The notes under the pieces: generated by a model
The model's database searches: none
What the model saw: only the letters and a program-made list of their open reading frames with translations
Told to the model about the DNA's origin: nothing
Made by a program: the position numbers and the translations under genes
Shown: positions 1-15,116 of the stretch, piece by piece
Position numbering within the stretch: the first letter of the stretch is position 1
Layout: every line of letters begins with the position of its first letter
Assembly: GCA_040954595.2 (NCBI GenBank)
Contig: CM082581.2
Span: forward strand, 11,654,286-11,718,285
Length of the DNA: 64,000 bases
From: Balanoglossus misakiensis
Taxonomy: Eukaryota > Animalia > Hemichordata
Direction: 5' to 3'

Positions 1-899
1 GTATCCGTATGAGTTTATTAAATTGCAAGGCTTTGTCACATGATACTCTCAAATTAAAGCCACCAATATTAAAGGCATCTGTTACCATGGCGACTCACTG
101 AATAAAAGTAATTAAGAAACTAATCACAGTCTAATATGTGCTTGTGGAATTTTAAACCCAAGAATATAACTTCCAGATTCTTCTGTGGGGTAGATAGGGG
201 TCCCAAAGTTGGCATTTAGTACATTACAACATATATGTAGACTGCAGTCTCTTTCTACTGTCTGTGATTACAACCAACAGTTCTTGTCATTGTGACCTTG
301 TCACTGTACACTGTGTGACCTGGAGCACACAGTGCCATATAAACCTTCTTTAACTTTATACCGAGTTATGAATTCGGCCAGTAATATCTCAAGCAAACTC
401 ATACAAGATGAAAACTGACTTTATGTACAGAAATAACAGTGGGTTTATTTTATCTTGTAGCATAAAAGTTTATATATTTTGCTAAAAAAGAAAATTTGCA
501 GTTTATGTAAAAAGTGGGTCATTGTGTCTCCTCTGACAAGAATGTGATAAAGTCCTTTCCCATTATATTCAACAATGGTCACCATTCAAACCATGGACTT
601 CAATTCTCCACCGATTTTTTAACTGGCAGTACCTTCATCACGAAAAGAACATAAAAATACTGTGTGGGTGTAATATGTACCATCAGTAGGGATCTTCTCT
701 AGAATAGTTTTGCTGTTATTATTGGATATGACAAGCAGATGAAAAGTTGGTTGTTGCAAAAGATTATCATTAAAATGATCTGACTAAACTATTGACACTA
801 GAACTGGTTGATATGATTTTGAAGTGCATTCTGCAGAAATTGAAGGCTTTGAGTCAGGCTTTAACTCCAAATTTATTTGTTTTTCTTTTGTTTTTCCAG

Positions 900-3800
900 G
901 GAAAACCTACAGTGATGCAGGTGATTCTGCAATCGGCAAAAGTGACACGGATGTGGACGTCATGGATGCTGCTCCATCAAGACGCAGCCGCAGCAAAGAC
1001 ACCAGGAAGAAACAGGAAAGAGATCGGAGTCGAGGACGCAGCAAGGACAAATCCAGGGCCAGATCCAAGGACAGGAGGGCTGGGTCTCTTGACAGGGAAG
1101 AGCTCAAACCGACCATCACAAAACCGAGACGGAACAGTGTGGAGGAAAGTGCGGAGTTGAAAATGATGATAGCAAGGATTAACAGAATGGCAGCTGCGTC
1201 AGGTAAGAAATAATTAGGCTGAAACTTTAGAAGATACTGTGTTTTTATATAGCATGTTCACCTTCTTGATTGGGTGGGTTTTATTACCAGATGCAGACAT
1301 ACTGTATCGTTGACAGAGTCAGTGTCAATCTCTCAGTCAAAACGCCAATGTCATGAGAGACTTGGTAATAGTGTCAACTCAACCCTGACTTCATTCCAAC
1401 CACCACAAATAACCACGACCAATGCAGAGCTAATGTTCCAGAACAAATGTTTACCCCCCAAAAAACAGAGGCTCCTCCCAGTTAAGAGACATGTTTTTAC
1501 GTTCCACTTGATGGGTTTTTGCAAGCTGCAGATGATTGGTCATCACGTCAGAGTTTGTACAGGTCATAGGTCATTCATTCTAATGCAAGTGGGCCATAAT
1601 TAATGATCTGGTAGTCAACTGTGATTTGTGTTCTTGAAAAAAATGGGATCTCAAATTGGTACTTGAAAGGGACCACATTTTTTACGTACCAGCAAATACT
1701 TTAAAACAACTGGTGATTCAGTGTGTTTCAGTTAGTTAACAGACCAACATAAATGATCGTTTTACATGAAACTAAAAAGAAACCAAACCATAACCAAAAG
1801 TGAGCAACTTTGTCCTTTTAATTCACACATTGTCAAGTCAACTTCTGTATTTTGTGTTTGTGCATGTATTTCTTACTATTTTGCATACTCTGTGTTTGTG
1901 TCTTTTTCTGGTTTCCATGACAACACTCCAAAACAGGTCACCGCAGCAGGAGCAGGTCGAGGAGTCGAGATCGTTCAGAGCTTGTACTACCGCCACGCAA
2001 GCACCTCAAGAGTATGACAAAAATTTTCTTTGTTTATTCCCATAATGTCCCCCCTCCCTCTGTAATCATATGTTGTAGTCTGTTGTTACTGTGACAATGT
2101 GTTTTTGCATGCTAGTCCCAATGCAGTCGCTATGGCAACTAAATCCCCAGTGCTTGGCAACATTGCTGCTTGGAAAAGTCTCATAATTCCCTCATATCTG
2201 TGACTTAATTGCAGCGTATATACCAGCATCATCAATTGCCGTAATTGCATGCGCCTGTTTCGCATACAGTACATAACTTGTAAACATATTTTTTTGCCAA
2301 AAAAGCTTTACTCTCACATCCAGCTCAGCCACAACAAAGTTTGCCAAATCAAAATGGGCCAAAATTTAGCTTACTTACTGAAATTTTGTTACAAAAAGCA
2401 ATGACAAGAAATACATAGATACACCAAGCATGCGCTAGCATCAAATGTTGACTTGCATGGAGTTTCTTTTCCCCCCACAAGTGTATTTCGAAGATTTTCT
2501 GTAATGCATCAGAATCACAGCCATTTTTGCATCTGTGTCTATTTTAGGTGCTAGAGAGTGGTTATGGGCAGATCTTTATCCCTCTGCAGGTATAATGTGT
2601 AATAATGATGAAAAACCTACTTTTTAAACAAATATTGCTGCATTTATTCTCAGTACAGATACCAGAGATTGTACTGGAGTAAATCTGTTATTACATGGAG
2701 AGAGCAATTTGGAGGAAAAGGAAGGAACGTTTGTGGGAATTAAACAGTAGAACTGTTTAGTAGAACACTCAAAAAAATAGTTTCATTTCACATTGTGTCA
2801 GTTGAAGGAACACATCATTTCTGAGAGACAGTTAATCACCCTGTATCAAAATGTTTTATGGAAAACCCCACTGTTCATTTCCTCCTCTTCCGAATTTCTT
2901 CTCTCTGTTTTCCGCAGTAAAGGTAAACCATACCCTCCTCTCCTGTCCTGTGCTGGTGATGGTGTTAATGTATAATCACTGGTGTTGGGTTTGCAATAGA
3001 CGGCATAGGATGTCATCCACAGTAGATTTTAGCTTCACAACCCCACAGCTAATTCTACCTACCCTCCCCTAATAATCTCTCTCCACTATTGAATTATGGA
3101 CTGACCCATCCCCTGTGTTATAATGTAAAATGTACTAGTCTGCATTTTTAGAATTCTTAACTCTTGTAATTGCATAAAATACTCAAATTTACATTTCAGC
3201 ATTAAATTTCAACTTACAGGTATAAACCCTCTTCCTCAAGTTTTCCCGCCTCGCATTTGTTTGTCATTTTGTCCAGTGTGTTTGTGTGTATTCATTCTGT
3301 TTTTGTCTAACCAAACATTTTTTGTGTTAATGTGAATATTTTGGTAAAATGAAACAAGCAAAAATATGCTGAAAAATGTATATGTAAAGTAAATTTTGGT
3401 TCAAACAGAGAAATATTTTGATATCAATTGGAGTAAGTGTTTTTGAAAAGCATATATTTTTCTTCCTTTGGGTGTTGATTCACATTGTTTAGTAAATGAT
3501 ACAACTTTAAAGAAGATAACCATGCAAAGAACTAACATTCTGGTTGACTTTGGGTACTGTCTTTGGTTGTTCACTTGGTGCTAAAGGTGGTTTATGGGTT
3601 TTAGGGTCTTTGAAAGTGGTATAGTTATTGCCGGCTAACTTCTGAAAGGCTGTAAACAAAAGATTAAAACTACTTAAAATGACCTTTATGGGCTGTGCCT
3701 TGTTAATCACAGGTGATGAAGACATAAAAAGAGAAGGCAGTATTGATAGTCAGTCAAATGCTTCATCCATGGAATTCAACGGAATCAGTGCTACAAACGG

Positions 3801-5598
3801 ATTTGGATCAGATGGAAGAGTTTACAGATCCAGTAATGAGAAACAACTAGTGGAAGAAATCGGGAAACTCAAGTTTGAGTTGGCCAAGTCCCTGGATACC
3901 ATTCAGTTGCTACAACAAAGAGAAATTCAGCTGATGTCCAAGTAAGCATATTAAAATTGCTGGTTTCACAGTGCATGGTGAAATATCTTCAAAATCTCCA
4001 TTTCAAACCATGCTGGAGTGAGTGAGTTTAAAGTTCCCTGGAATTGTAAATTTGAGGTTTTAAAAGTCAAACAATGCAATAACCATAGGTTTTATTAGGG
4101 ACGCCAAATGGCTGAGTGTCCTGCTGGGACTGTGTCATTAAACATGTTAAAGTGATTCTTAGAATTCTCACAGTGAAGAGAATAGATTAAAATTCCATTC
4201 CGTTGGACCAATATAATGGAATCGTCCATTAATGGAGGCTAGGACTGACAACTTTCCTCCTCATTGGATACTTATACTAGTACAGTAGCTGTATATTTAA
4301 ATTGTAACAATTTGTGACATTTGTCTCTGCAGGATGCCAAACATGCATTTTTTCACTGACTTTTCTTTGGTTGCGTACATCTGCAGATTATCAGAACAGA
4401 ATCAGAAGCATTCTGGGAAGACAGAGAAACACCCAATAGCACTCATCCATGCCTACACGAAGTTGTACACAGACGCCAGACAGGACGCCTTAGACGCTTT
4501 GGACGAGATGTCTGATTTGGAACAATTTGATGATGCTGATGACATCAAGACAAAACTTCTGTTCTCAGTCATTGTGGTAGGTTTAGCCAAAATTTTATTC
4601 TGCAGTTTTTTTTGTCCTGAAAAAATACAATTCAAGTGTTTATCGTGGAGAGATTTATCTTGCAAGACATCATCAGTAAATAAAAACATCAGTCGTTTTT
4701 TACAATGTACCTCAATGATTAATATGCCACAAGAAAGGCCATATTATAATGCACTTAAAAATCTTTTGTCATGTTTCTTTCCCCCAAATAGCTTTCTTTC
4801 CGCTGTTGTCAAGTGGAGGTTGAAGAGATTCTGGGTGATCTGATAAAAGCTGCACATGTTCCAAACTCTGGGGGCGCCATACAGTCCAACCCACACAGTC
4901 ACTACGTCAAGGAGATGGAAAGTGTCACCATGAAGTATCTCTACAAGACATCATCTGCCTACGATACCACTGTCATTGTTGAGGTAGGTACAATAGTTCT
5001 ATCAAGAGAGCCAATAAGGAAAACTATACTTGTGTAAGGAGAGCATAGTAATAATGTGAAATTGAGCAGATTTACAAAAATGAAATGCTTTTGATTTGCT
5101 GAATTTTCAGCTGTTTAAGAGTTGTAGTTTCATCCTGCGAATTGGGTATGGTTTGCTTGTGATATTAATTTATGGTACATATCAGAAGTTATGACATATT
5201 GTAGCTTATAAATATAATTCTAAGAACTTATTTATACTGATTTTTCCTTTACGTTTTGAATTCTCGTCATTTCACAGAAAGTCTGTGGCCACCTGTTCAA
5301 CACTTTACACGAATACCCCAGCCTGAGAATGTCATCCTCCTTGAAGACATACATCACCACCTGTGTCCGCATCGCTTGGCAACTGAGCACCCACACGCCG
5401 TCTTACGTCATCGACTATGACAGCAAAGAATTCAATCAGGCATTGCACCAAAGATTCCATCGGGACGACTCCTGCAAGAGAATCAAATGCTACCTGTGGC
5501 CGGCTTTGTTGGATGCCACTACTTTGAAGTGTGTTCACAAGGGAGTTGTTATCACAGAGAAAACAGAATCGGAGGAATATGGCGACACTAAATTGTAA
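900..5598 (+). CDS. MIEAP/SPATA18-like (mitochondria-eating protein family), 3' part; 5' exons lie upstream of the window
   Basis: Phase-consistent GT-AG exons: 900-1202, 1937-2011 (probable cassette), 3713-3941, 4387-4576, 4792-4983, 5278-5598 (TAA). Arg/Ser-rich region, then a coiled coil (EKQLVEEIGKLKFELAKSLDTIQLLQQRE), then a MIEAP-like C-terminus (KLLFSVIVLSFR...YITTCVRIAWQLSTHTPSYVIDY...FNQALHQRF...CYLWPALLD...CVHKGVVIT). Orthology to SPATA18 itself is not certain. Confidence 0.8.
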
Positions 5599-5686
5599 AC
5601 CCATTCTTTCACCACCATGGTTCAGTCCATTGTTTTCTATGGTATGGTTGGACCTCAAAAGAGGGAACTGGGGGTGAAAGGATTAA
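5596..5686. mobile_element. Short (~90 bp) MITE-like element with TTAA-type ends; related copies near 14623-14650, 34470-34528 and 40141-40201
   Basis: Inverted ends CTTTCACC...GGTGAAAG followed by TTAA. The core CCATGGTT-(x)-CCATTGTTTTC-(x)-GGTTGGA recurs, diverged, at 34470 (TTAACCCTTTC...CCATGGTTTGGTCC...CATTGTTTTC...GTTGGA) and 40141. The 14623 copy keeps only the TTAACCCTTTCACC end. Confidence 0.5.
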
Positions 5687-6697
5687 ATGAAAATGTTGAT
5701 TTTTTTTAAATGTCAATATTCCCAATATTTAAAAAAAACTGAGTCGTTTTTTTTTTTCTTTCAGCGACTTTTTCCTGTGTTTGTCAGTTTTAATGATTTT
5801 TATTGCAAGTGCACTGCCATTTATATAACATATGCCGGGTAGTACTTGTGAAGTTTATATTTGATATGTACAGTACAGTGACTATTTTAAAGAGTGAATG
5901 TAAGGTAATACATTTTGTATGCACATCAAAAATCCATATTTCTCGCATTTTGCTCATAGATTATCCACTTAAAATTGAGAATAAAAACTGGTGGTCACAG
6001 TGAAATTACTGTTTTACATGGTGATATTAAATTATGAAGAAATAGATATTTGTCATGTTTTGAGGTTGTCAATTAGGTGGAAATAATTATCTTGGGAAAG
6101 TTTAAATTCCATAACTTGGTGTGTAACAACCAAAGTTAGAATAAACAGAATCTTGTCTTATACAGTATATTTTCATACGCATATACTTTAAACTTATCAT
6201 AATTTGTAATGAACTGTTTTTAAAAGAAATGAAATATTAATGAAATCCAGATAGTCCTAAAATTGTAACATAATGTTCTCATGTTCATATAAATCATCAC
6301 TTTTCATGTTTGCTGTACATGTCATATGTTCATAGGCATTCACTGTAATTGTGAAATTAAATAATTCCTTTGGTAAATAAAAATAAGTTCACTTCAGAGT
6401 GGTTCTGTCGTTCATTACTGAGGACTATTTTGCAACATGTTATTTGAAATACAACTGAAAATCCTTTGACTGAAAATCCGTTTTTGTGATTTTTCAGATT
6501 CATTAAAACGTATTTATGAACAATGATGAAAGGTTTTCTTTTGGGGTTACCAGTAAATCTTAGTAGAGGCGATAAACAGAAAAATGCAGAGCCTCTTAGC
6601 TATATCATGTGACATTTAAAAATACGGATGATCTGTCGCACCAACTTATGATTTCGTTGAAAAGTCAAAACAAAACGTTCTGTAAGTTTATAAAGTA

Positions 6698-6861
6698 AGT
6701 TCTCGTTTCCGTTCGAGTTCCCGGGATACATACTTAGGTAGGCCAAATCGAAAGTTTCCCCAAGTTAAAGGGTACTTGAACTTTGACACAAACAAAGTTG
6801 ATGAAGGAAGAGGCTCCAGGAGATTCGTAAAATCTGACTGAAACAGTGAAAGGCAGAACTT
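6698..6861 (+). promoter_or_regulatory. Distal promoter and non-coding first exon candidate with ISRE-like, GAS-like and kB motifs
   Basis: AGTTCTCGTTTCC (6698-6710, ISRE-like), TTCCCGGGA (6718-6726, GAS-like) and GAAAGTTTCCCC (6750-6761, reverse-strand kB-like GGGGAAACTTTC). Strong donor GTAAGT at 6862. Confidence 0.5.
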
Positions 6862-7196
6862 GTAAGTGATATTTTGTTTAATTTTTGTGTGCCCATTGTC
6901 CTTGACAACGGCTGGATGATTATGATTTTGTTAAAAGTTAATCAGAACTGTCGCGGGGCTTGAATATCATGTACAGTGACTCATGATGTCAGTCAAAGAT
7001 TGACATACATGATACAGATCACCATGCATCCTTAGTCATTGTCATGATGTTGCTTGTCCTGGATCGACAACCATTGCTTATAATTATACGACAACATTCC
7101 CCAGTAATTTTATCCGAATCGAGGTCATTCAATAAGATTAACATAATAACGAAGTTGTATATATCATATATGTACAAAGTACCCGCCATTTGACCT

Positions 7197-7266
7197 GGAA
7201 AGTCCCGTGTCATAATCAGAGATGACGTCAGGGGGAAGCCCCTAACAGAATTTCCAGAACGAAAGC
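7197..7266. promoter_or_regulatory. Clustered NF-kB / CRE(ATF) / IRF-like motifs upstream of the helicase gene
   Basis: GGAAAGTCCC (7197-7206) is the exact reverse complement of the canonical kB site GGGACTTTCC. Also a perfect CRE TGACGTCA (7223-7230), kB-like GGGGAAGCCCC (7232-7242) and IRF-like GAACGAAAGC (7257-7266). An AP-1 site TGACTCA lies at 6977-6983. Confidence 0.55.
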
Positions 7267-7549
7267 TGTGCGAACTTATATACATTTCGTAGTTTGTCGT
7301 GTCCTTTATATTCGTATACGGCCCTGAAATCGCGACCACAGTTTTGTTTCCCGACAATGGAGTGTGTAGTGTGTTATTGAAAGCGCGACTCAACCAGAAA
7401 CAAAATCGACGACAACATCCTTCAGCTGCAGCGCGGAAGTATCGACCAACCGTGCCCGTCCCCGGACTAATTAGGTCAGTGAGCGAAGTGTTTAAAAAGA
7501 TCGCTGATCCTCGAAGAGTTTTCATCGTAAAACTTTCTAAACAGTGGCC

Positions 7550-10500
7550 ATGGATCATTTCCGCTGTAAGATCTGCGAAGTTGACGTTTCAGGGGAACGC
7601 AACTACCAACAGCACTTGGAAGGCAAGGCTCATGCTAAAATGAAAGTCCGTATGGGACATTCGAATCCGCCCACTTCCGGGAATTCAGCGACACCTATGC
7701 CAAGTATCACGGCTACATATTTGAAGAGAAGCTTTGAACTTGAGCCATGGGAGCTTCATGCTGGGAATGAGCTCTTCTGCGAAATCTGTCGGGTGCATTT
7801 GACAGGATCTGAACCAGCTGCCCAGCACTATGCTGGTGCAAAACACAAAAAGAAAGCTGACCAAGCAGTTAATTTTTCATCAATTGTATCTGAACGCCAG
7901 CAGAATTCACAAGAAAAACCCCACAGCTACGACATCCAAAGTATCTTTGCGTCAAAACTGAAACTGATAGAAAGACAGCGTAACATCTGTTCAGAGAAAT
8001 CGGATTCTGAAGTTGACTCTGCACCAAGTGAAGATATCCAGCTTAGTGCAGATGATGAAAGTTCATGTAAAATCTGTCAGGTGTCCTTCACCGGCCGAGA
8101 ACCAGCTGTCCAACATTACACTGGTACTAAACACAAGAAGAAAGCTGAAACTGTCAGACTAGCATCGATTAACCGCCTACCAGGGGTGTACTGTGAGGTG
8201 TGTCATATAATGTGTAACACGCACCAACAACTACATATTCACAAGCAAAGTACAAGACATCTGGAGAAGGCTAGCGGACTTAGTGGAGAGTTGGATACAC
8301 AGCAAATATCAACTGATATTGATGAGGGGATTTCGTTTGACTACACCGAGGAATCCTGTGATCTCTGCGGCATTTCCACTTTCACTTCACAACAACACCT
8401 GCAAGACCACTTCTCTGGAAAGAGGCACAAACAGAATGCAGCCAGACAGAAACTGCTGGGCAGTCTACCAGCCGAGAAATACTGCGAGCATTGCAAAGTA
8501 TTTTTGACGTCTGAACAGCAAGCAGCCGATCATCTAAGCAGCCCAAAACATAAGAGTAACGAGGCCAAAGGTAGAAAGGCGCCAGAGAAATCCCTCCCAC
8601 CAATCACTGTTGAAGAGGATGTGAAGTTTGATGGAGCATTGACTTGTAAATCACCCAGGAGTTACCAATGGGAACTGTACAACAAAGCAATAGAGACAGA
8701 TTCAGTGATATTTCTGCCCACTGGTAAATATTCCTTATCTTTGACCTTTGACACATTCTTTGATAACCAATCACATGATTCTCTTGAAATGTGAAAAAAA
8801 ATATGTTGTGACTATATAATATGAGAACAACTGACAACTAAATTTTATATTGATCAACAATGTATATTTTTTTAGTGAATGCATAACAAATTGTCAAAAT
8901 TTTATATCTTACAGGGACTGGGAAAACACTCATTTCAGCAATGGTAATTAGTCACGTCTTGCAACAGAACCCCAAACGACAGATTGTGTTCTTGGTGGAC
9001 CGTGTTTTACTAGTTATACAACAGAGCCAGGTTTTGAAGACAGAGCTGTCTCATCTGTCGATCAATGATCAAAGTGTTCACATCGCAGCCCTCTGTGGAG
9101 AAAAACAAAACACTGGCTCATTACCTCTTCATGAACATCACATCCTGGTCACAACAGCAGGTAAGTTTATGCTAATTATCAGGTGACTACTTTCAGCCAA
9201 TCAGGAGAATGATCTCTTTTGTTACCTTCCCCATTTCCAGTCATATTTGTATTACGTTATGATGATAGTTCATACAACACGGAAAACATCAGCAATCCTA
9301 AAAAAATTATTGATAATTTGAAGATTTCATCCTTATATATAAAGTTAATATCCCAACCTTGTCAGTTTTCTCATCTTTTATGTAATAATTTTATTCTTTC
9401 ACACAGCGTACTACATAAACTTGTTAAAAGATGACGTGATTCGATGGGAAGATTTGTCTCTCGTTGTATTTGATGAAGCTCACCACTGCACCAAGAAACA
9501 TCCTTTCAATGTCATCCTAGAAGATTATTATAGTGAAGGAGAACACAAACCCCGACTGCTTGGTTTGACTGCATCACCAGCAGGCCAACAAACCGTCAAG
9601 AAGACGTACCTCATGCTGCGACAGTTGCTGCTGAACTTCGGCGGTGCCAAGCTTGCGACGGTTCAGAAGACCAAAGATGAACTCCTGCGCTTCAAGACGC
9701 AGGCAGAACCTGTCATCAGGGTTGTGAAGTGGGATAGGCATGAGAATATTTTGGATGAAGAATTACAGATGTATCTGCTGAATTGCTATCAGGTGCTTCG
9801 TAAACAAGCTGATTCTCTCAGCATGTTTGTAGATCTCGATGGTGTTAGTGAAATCAGCAGTGAGAATCTGATAGAGTTTGTAAGAGCGGTCGATCAGTTG
9901 AAATCATTGTACAGGCCAGAAGACACATTTTATCAGTTCTTGAGTCATATCTTTGCCATCGGAGAAGTTCTGGAAACACTGCGGGAGACTGGGCTGGAAT
10001 TTGCGATCGCTGATCTGAAGGAAGTTTTCAAGAGGGACTTGAAGCTTGCTCACAGAATGAAGATTCTCTTGAGCAGCGGTTTGCAGAAGCTGCTGGGCGA
10101 GTATGTGAAGGGAAGCAACGAAATGTCCGGCGTTCATCAGTTACTCAACGAGCTTGGTGACCACATGAACTGGAGCAACGGGATAGCGCTAGTTCTCGTG
10201 AAAATGCGCCGCACTGCACATGCCATCACAGAATTCCTGAATAAATCGTCGCTGGTGCAGGATAAGCGTTGCGAAGCTGTGTGCCTGGTAGGCCATGGTA
10301 CAGGAGGCAAAGATGGCGGCGGCATGTCCGTCAACAAGCAAGGCCGCACGATCCGTCGAATCTGGGAGAACAAGAGCGTCATCGTCGTGGCAACCAGCGT
10401 GGCGGAGGAAGGGTTAGATCTGCCTGAGTGCGATTTAGTCATCGTCATGGACCCCCCATCGACGGTGACCGCTTTGGTCCAGATACGAGGCCGAGCGCGC

Positions 10501-10650
10501 CGGAGTGGCGCGAAGTTCATCGTTCTGTGTCGCGGAAGTGGTCAGCGTGACAGCATGCATGAGTTGTTGTTGAGGGAGAAGAATATGGAAGAAGCTGCAG
10601 AAATGGTGAACAAGGAAACCAGTCCACGTGATCTTGTTTTCATGGAATAG
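7550..10650 (+). CDS. Six U1/matrin-type zinc fingers fused to a RIG-I-like/Dicer-like DExD/H-box RNA helicase (no CARD, no CTD), 887 aa
   Basis: Exons 7550-8723, 8915-9160 and 9407-10650; both introns are phase-1 GT-AG; total 2664 nt. Six CxxC-x12/13-H-x5-H fingers. Helicase motifs: Q (PRSYQWEL), I (FLPTGTGKT, rebuilt across intron 1), Ia (VFLVDRVLLVIQQ), II (VFDEAHH), III (LLGLTASP), IV (LVLVKMR), V (VATSVAEEGLDLPECDLVI) and VI (VQIRGRAR). Confidence 0.93.
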
Positions 10651-11258
10651 TTCTATGTGGTGTACTGACACCAGCCTCATCAGATTAACGCAGATTACTA
10701 GTTTACAAACTTTGTTTGATTCAAAGCACGTTAGATTCAGAATACAGTAGAGTTGCTTAAATGTTTTCTTGACAAAAATAATATGATGCCTGGTTGATTT
10801 TATCTGATTGAACCAAGTAATTCCTTGTGGGTTTTCAACAGTCTTCTTCCCTTCACAAGTAGACATGTATTTACATTAGATATTCTCGTTATAGGATTGA
10901 TATATCTAGAAATGTACTATAAAATAGAATTATGCATATCTGTGATCTGCAGTGGATGTATGTGTACCCATCACAATGAACATGAGAACGATAAAGGTGT
11001 GTTCCAGTTGGAAGTTCATATACACAGTACAAGTTGTTTTGATTCACAGTTATACAAGATTATTCACGTGAAGCCTGTTTCAGTCTATTGTAACTGTAGT
11101 TTGACAGTTTAGCAGATGTACTGAAAATTTTTATCGTCAATAAATATCTGATGCTGACATTATAGCATTACTTGTATATTGTATATTGTTGAAAAAAACC
11201 CTGAATTTTCTGTACCATCCTTCATTGAATTATCCTTCACTGTTTCAGGCTGATCACC

Positions 11259-12819
<1,561 letters not shown>

Positions 12820-14072
12820 ATGTAGAAAGTCTCCTGAAAAAAGCAGATGTAATTTTTTTTTCTGAAGAGCAATTTTGTTTTATATAATATTAGTGCACTA
12901 ATTTATTCTCTAACATGGTGAACGGGTACTAAATGTTTTTTTTACATGCCTTTATAATGGACATCGTTATGCTTACAATATAGTTCGATAAAGCTCTGTA
13001 GAAATTTGTATATGGACAATTTTAACCTTTCATAATAGTGACTATTTGAACGCATTTTAGATGTCTGATTGTATGTCTTGTATGATTTTTTATCGTGAGC
13101 AGGTTCTCAAAATAAAGCTTCGACTTTATTGAAATAGTAATCAGTTAGTATGAGTGCGATATGATTTGCAAATGATGTGAAGGACAGTATCTGTTTTAAT
13201 CAAACTTCTCAAAATATATTTCAAGGTTTGGACGCCGCCCTCACAGGTAAAATGTTCATGCTATTGTTTTTGGCACTTATATGGTGTCGTAAGGTCAGCA
13301 AATCTAGTTTGTTCATAGTGTCATAATGCAGCATGGAAAAACGAAAGAAAACAAATCCAATTCTGAAAATTGTTTGTTAATTCACCGGGCATATATCGCC
13401 AAGACGTCATCGTCAAGAAATTAAATCACGGGATAACCTTTGACCTTTTGGGGTCATGACCCCAGTGTGAGTAATGACAACAACGACAACAGACGAGCTC
13501 CGTCGCTTAGGCGTGACTGTACGATTGCCGTGTGTATGTTGGTTGATTTGTGCCGTTTGACATCAATATTTTTCCAGAAACTGTGAGTAAATATAACACT
13601 TTGTTCCCTGTTATCATACAGGCTGACGGTACGCCGCCTGGGATACATGTACCCTTCCCTAGGCTCTGGTCCTTTGGGGTGGGCGGGGTCGTGACCAAAC
13701 ATTCTCGAAGACACTCGCCACACTTTCACTGGTAATCATGATATAAACAAAGTACATTCTGGTTGACTCTCCAGAGTAAAACGCCGGTTCAGTCCAGAAA
13801 AGAAAGTAATCCATTGAAAACGACGGTTTTCTGCAGCCCAACAATCACCACATTCAGCCATAGCTGGCTTATCTTTTTTTCATTGCACAATGATTTGTCA
13901 TTGCTATTTATAGTACACCTTCACAAATCCTTCCACGGTGGACAAGGATCGATATGCAGGGTAAAGCACGCTTGGCTAAGAAATACCTCAATGTTGACTC
14001 ACCCTGTAGGTGATGATGTAAGTTGAAGTCAACTTTTATTTGTGATTCCAGTCATTCAGATTCTCTGTGACC

Positions 14073-15116
<1,044 letters not shown>

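Noticed and set aside
7019-7643. 179-aa minus-strand and 114-aa plus-strand ORFs over the helicase promoter
   Set aside because: No recognisable motifs; explained by promoter and 5' UTR composition.
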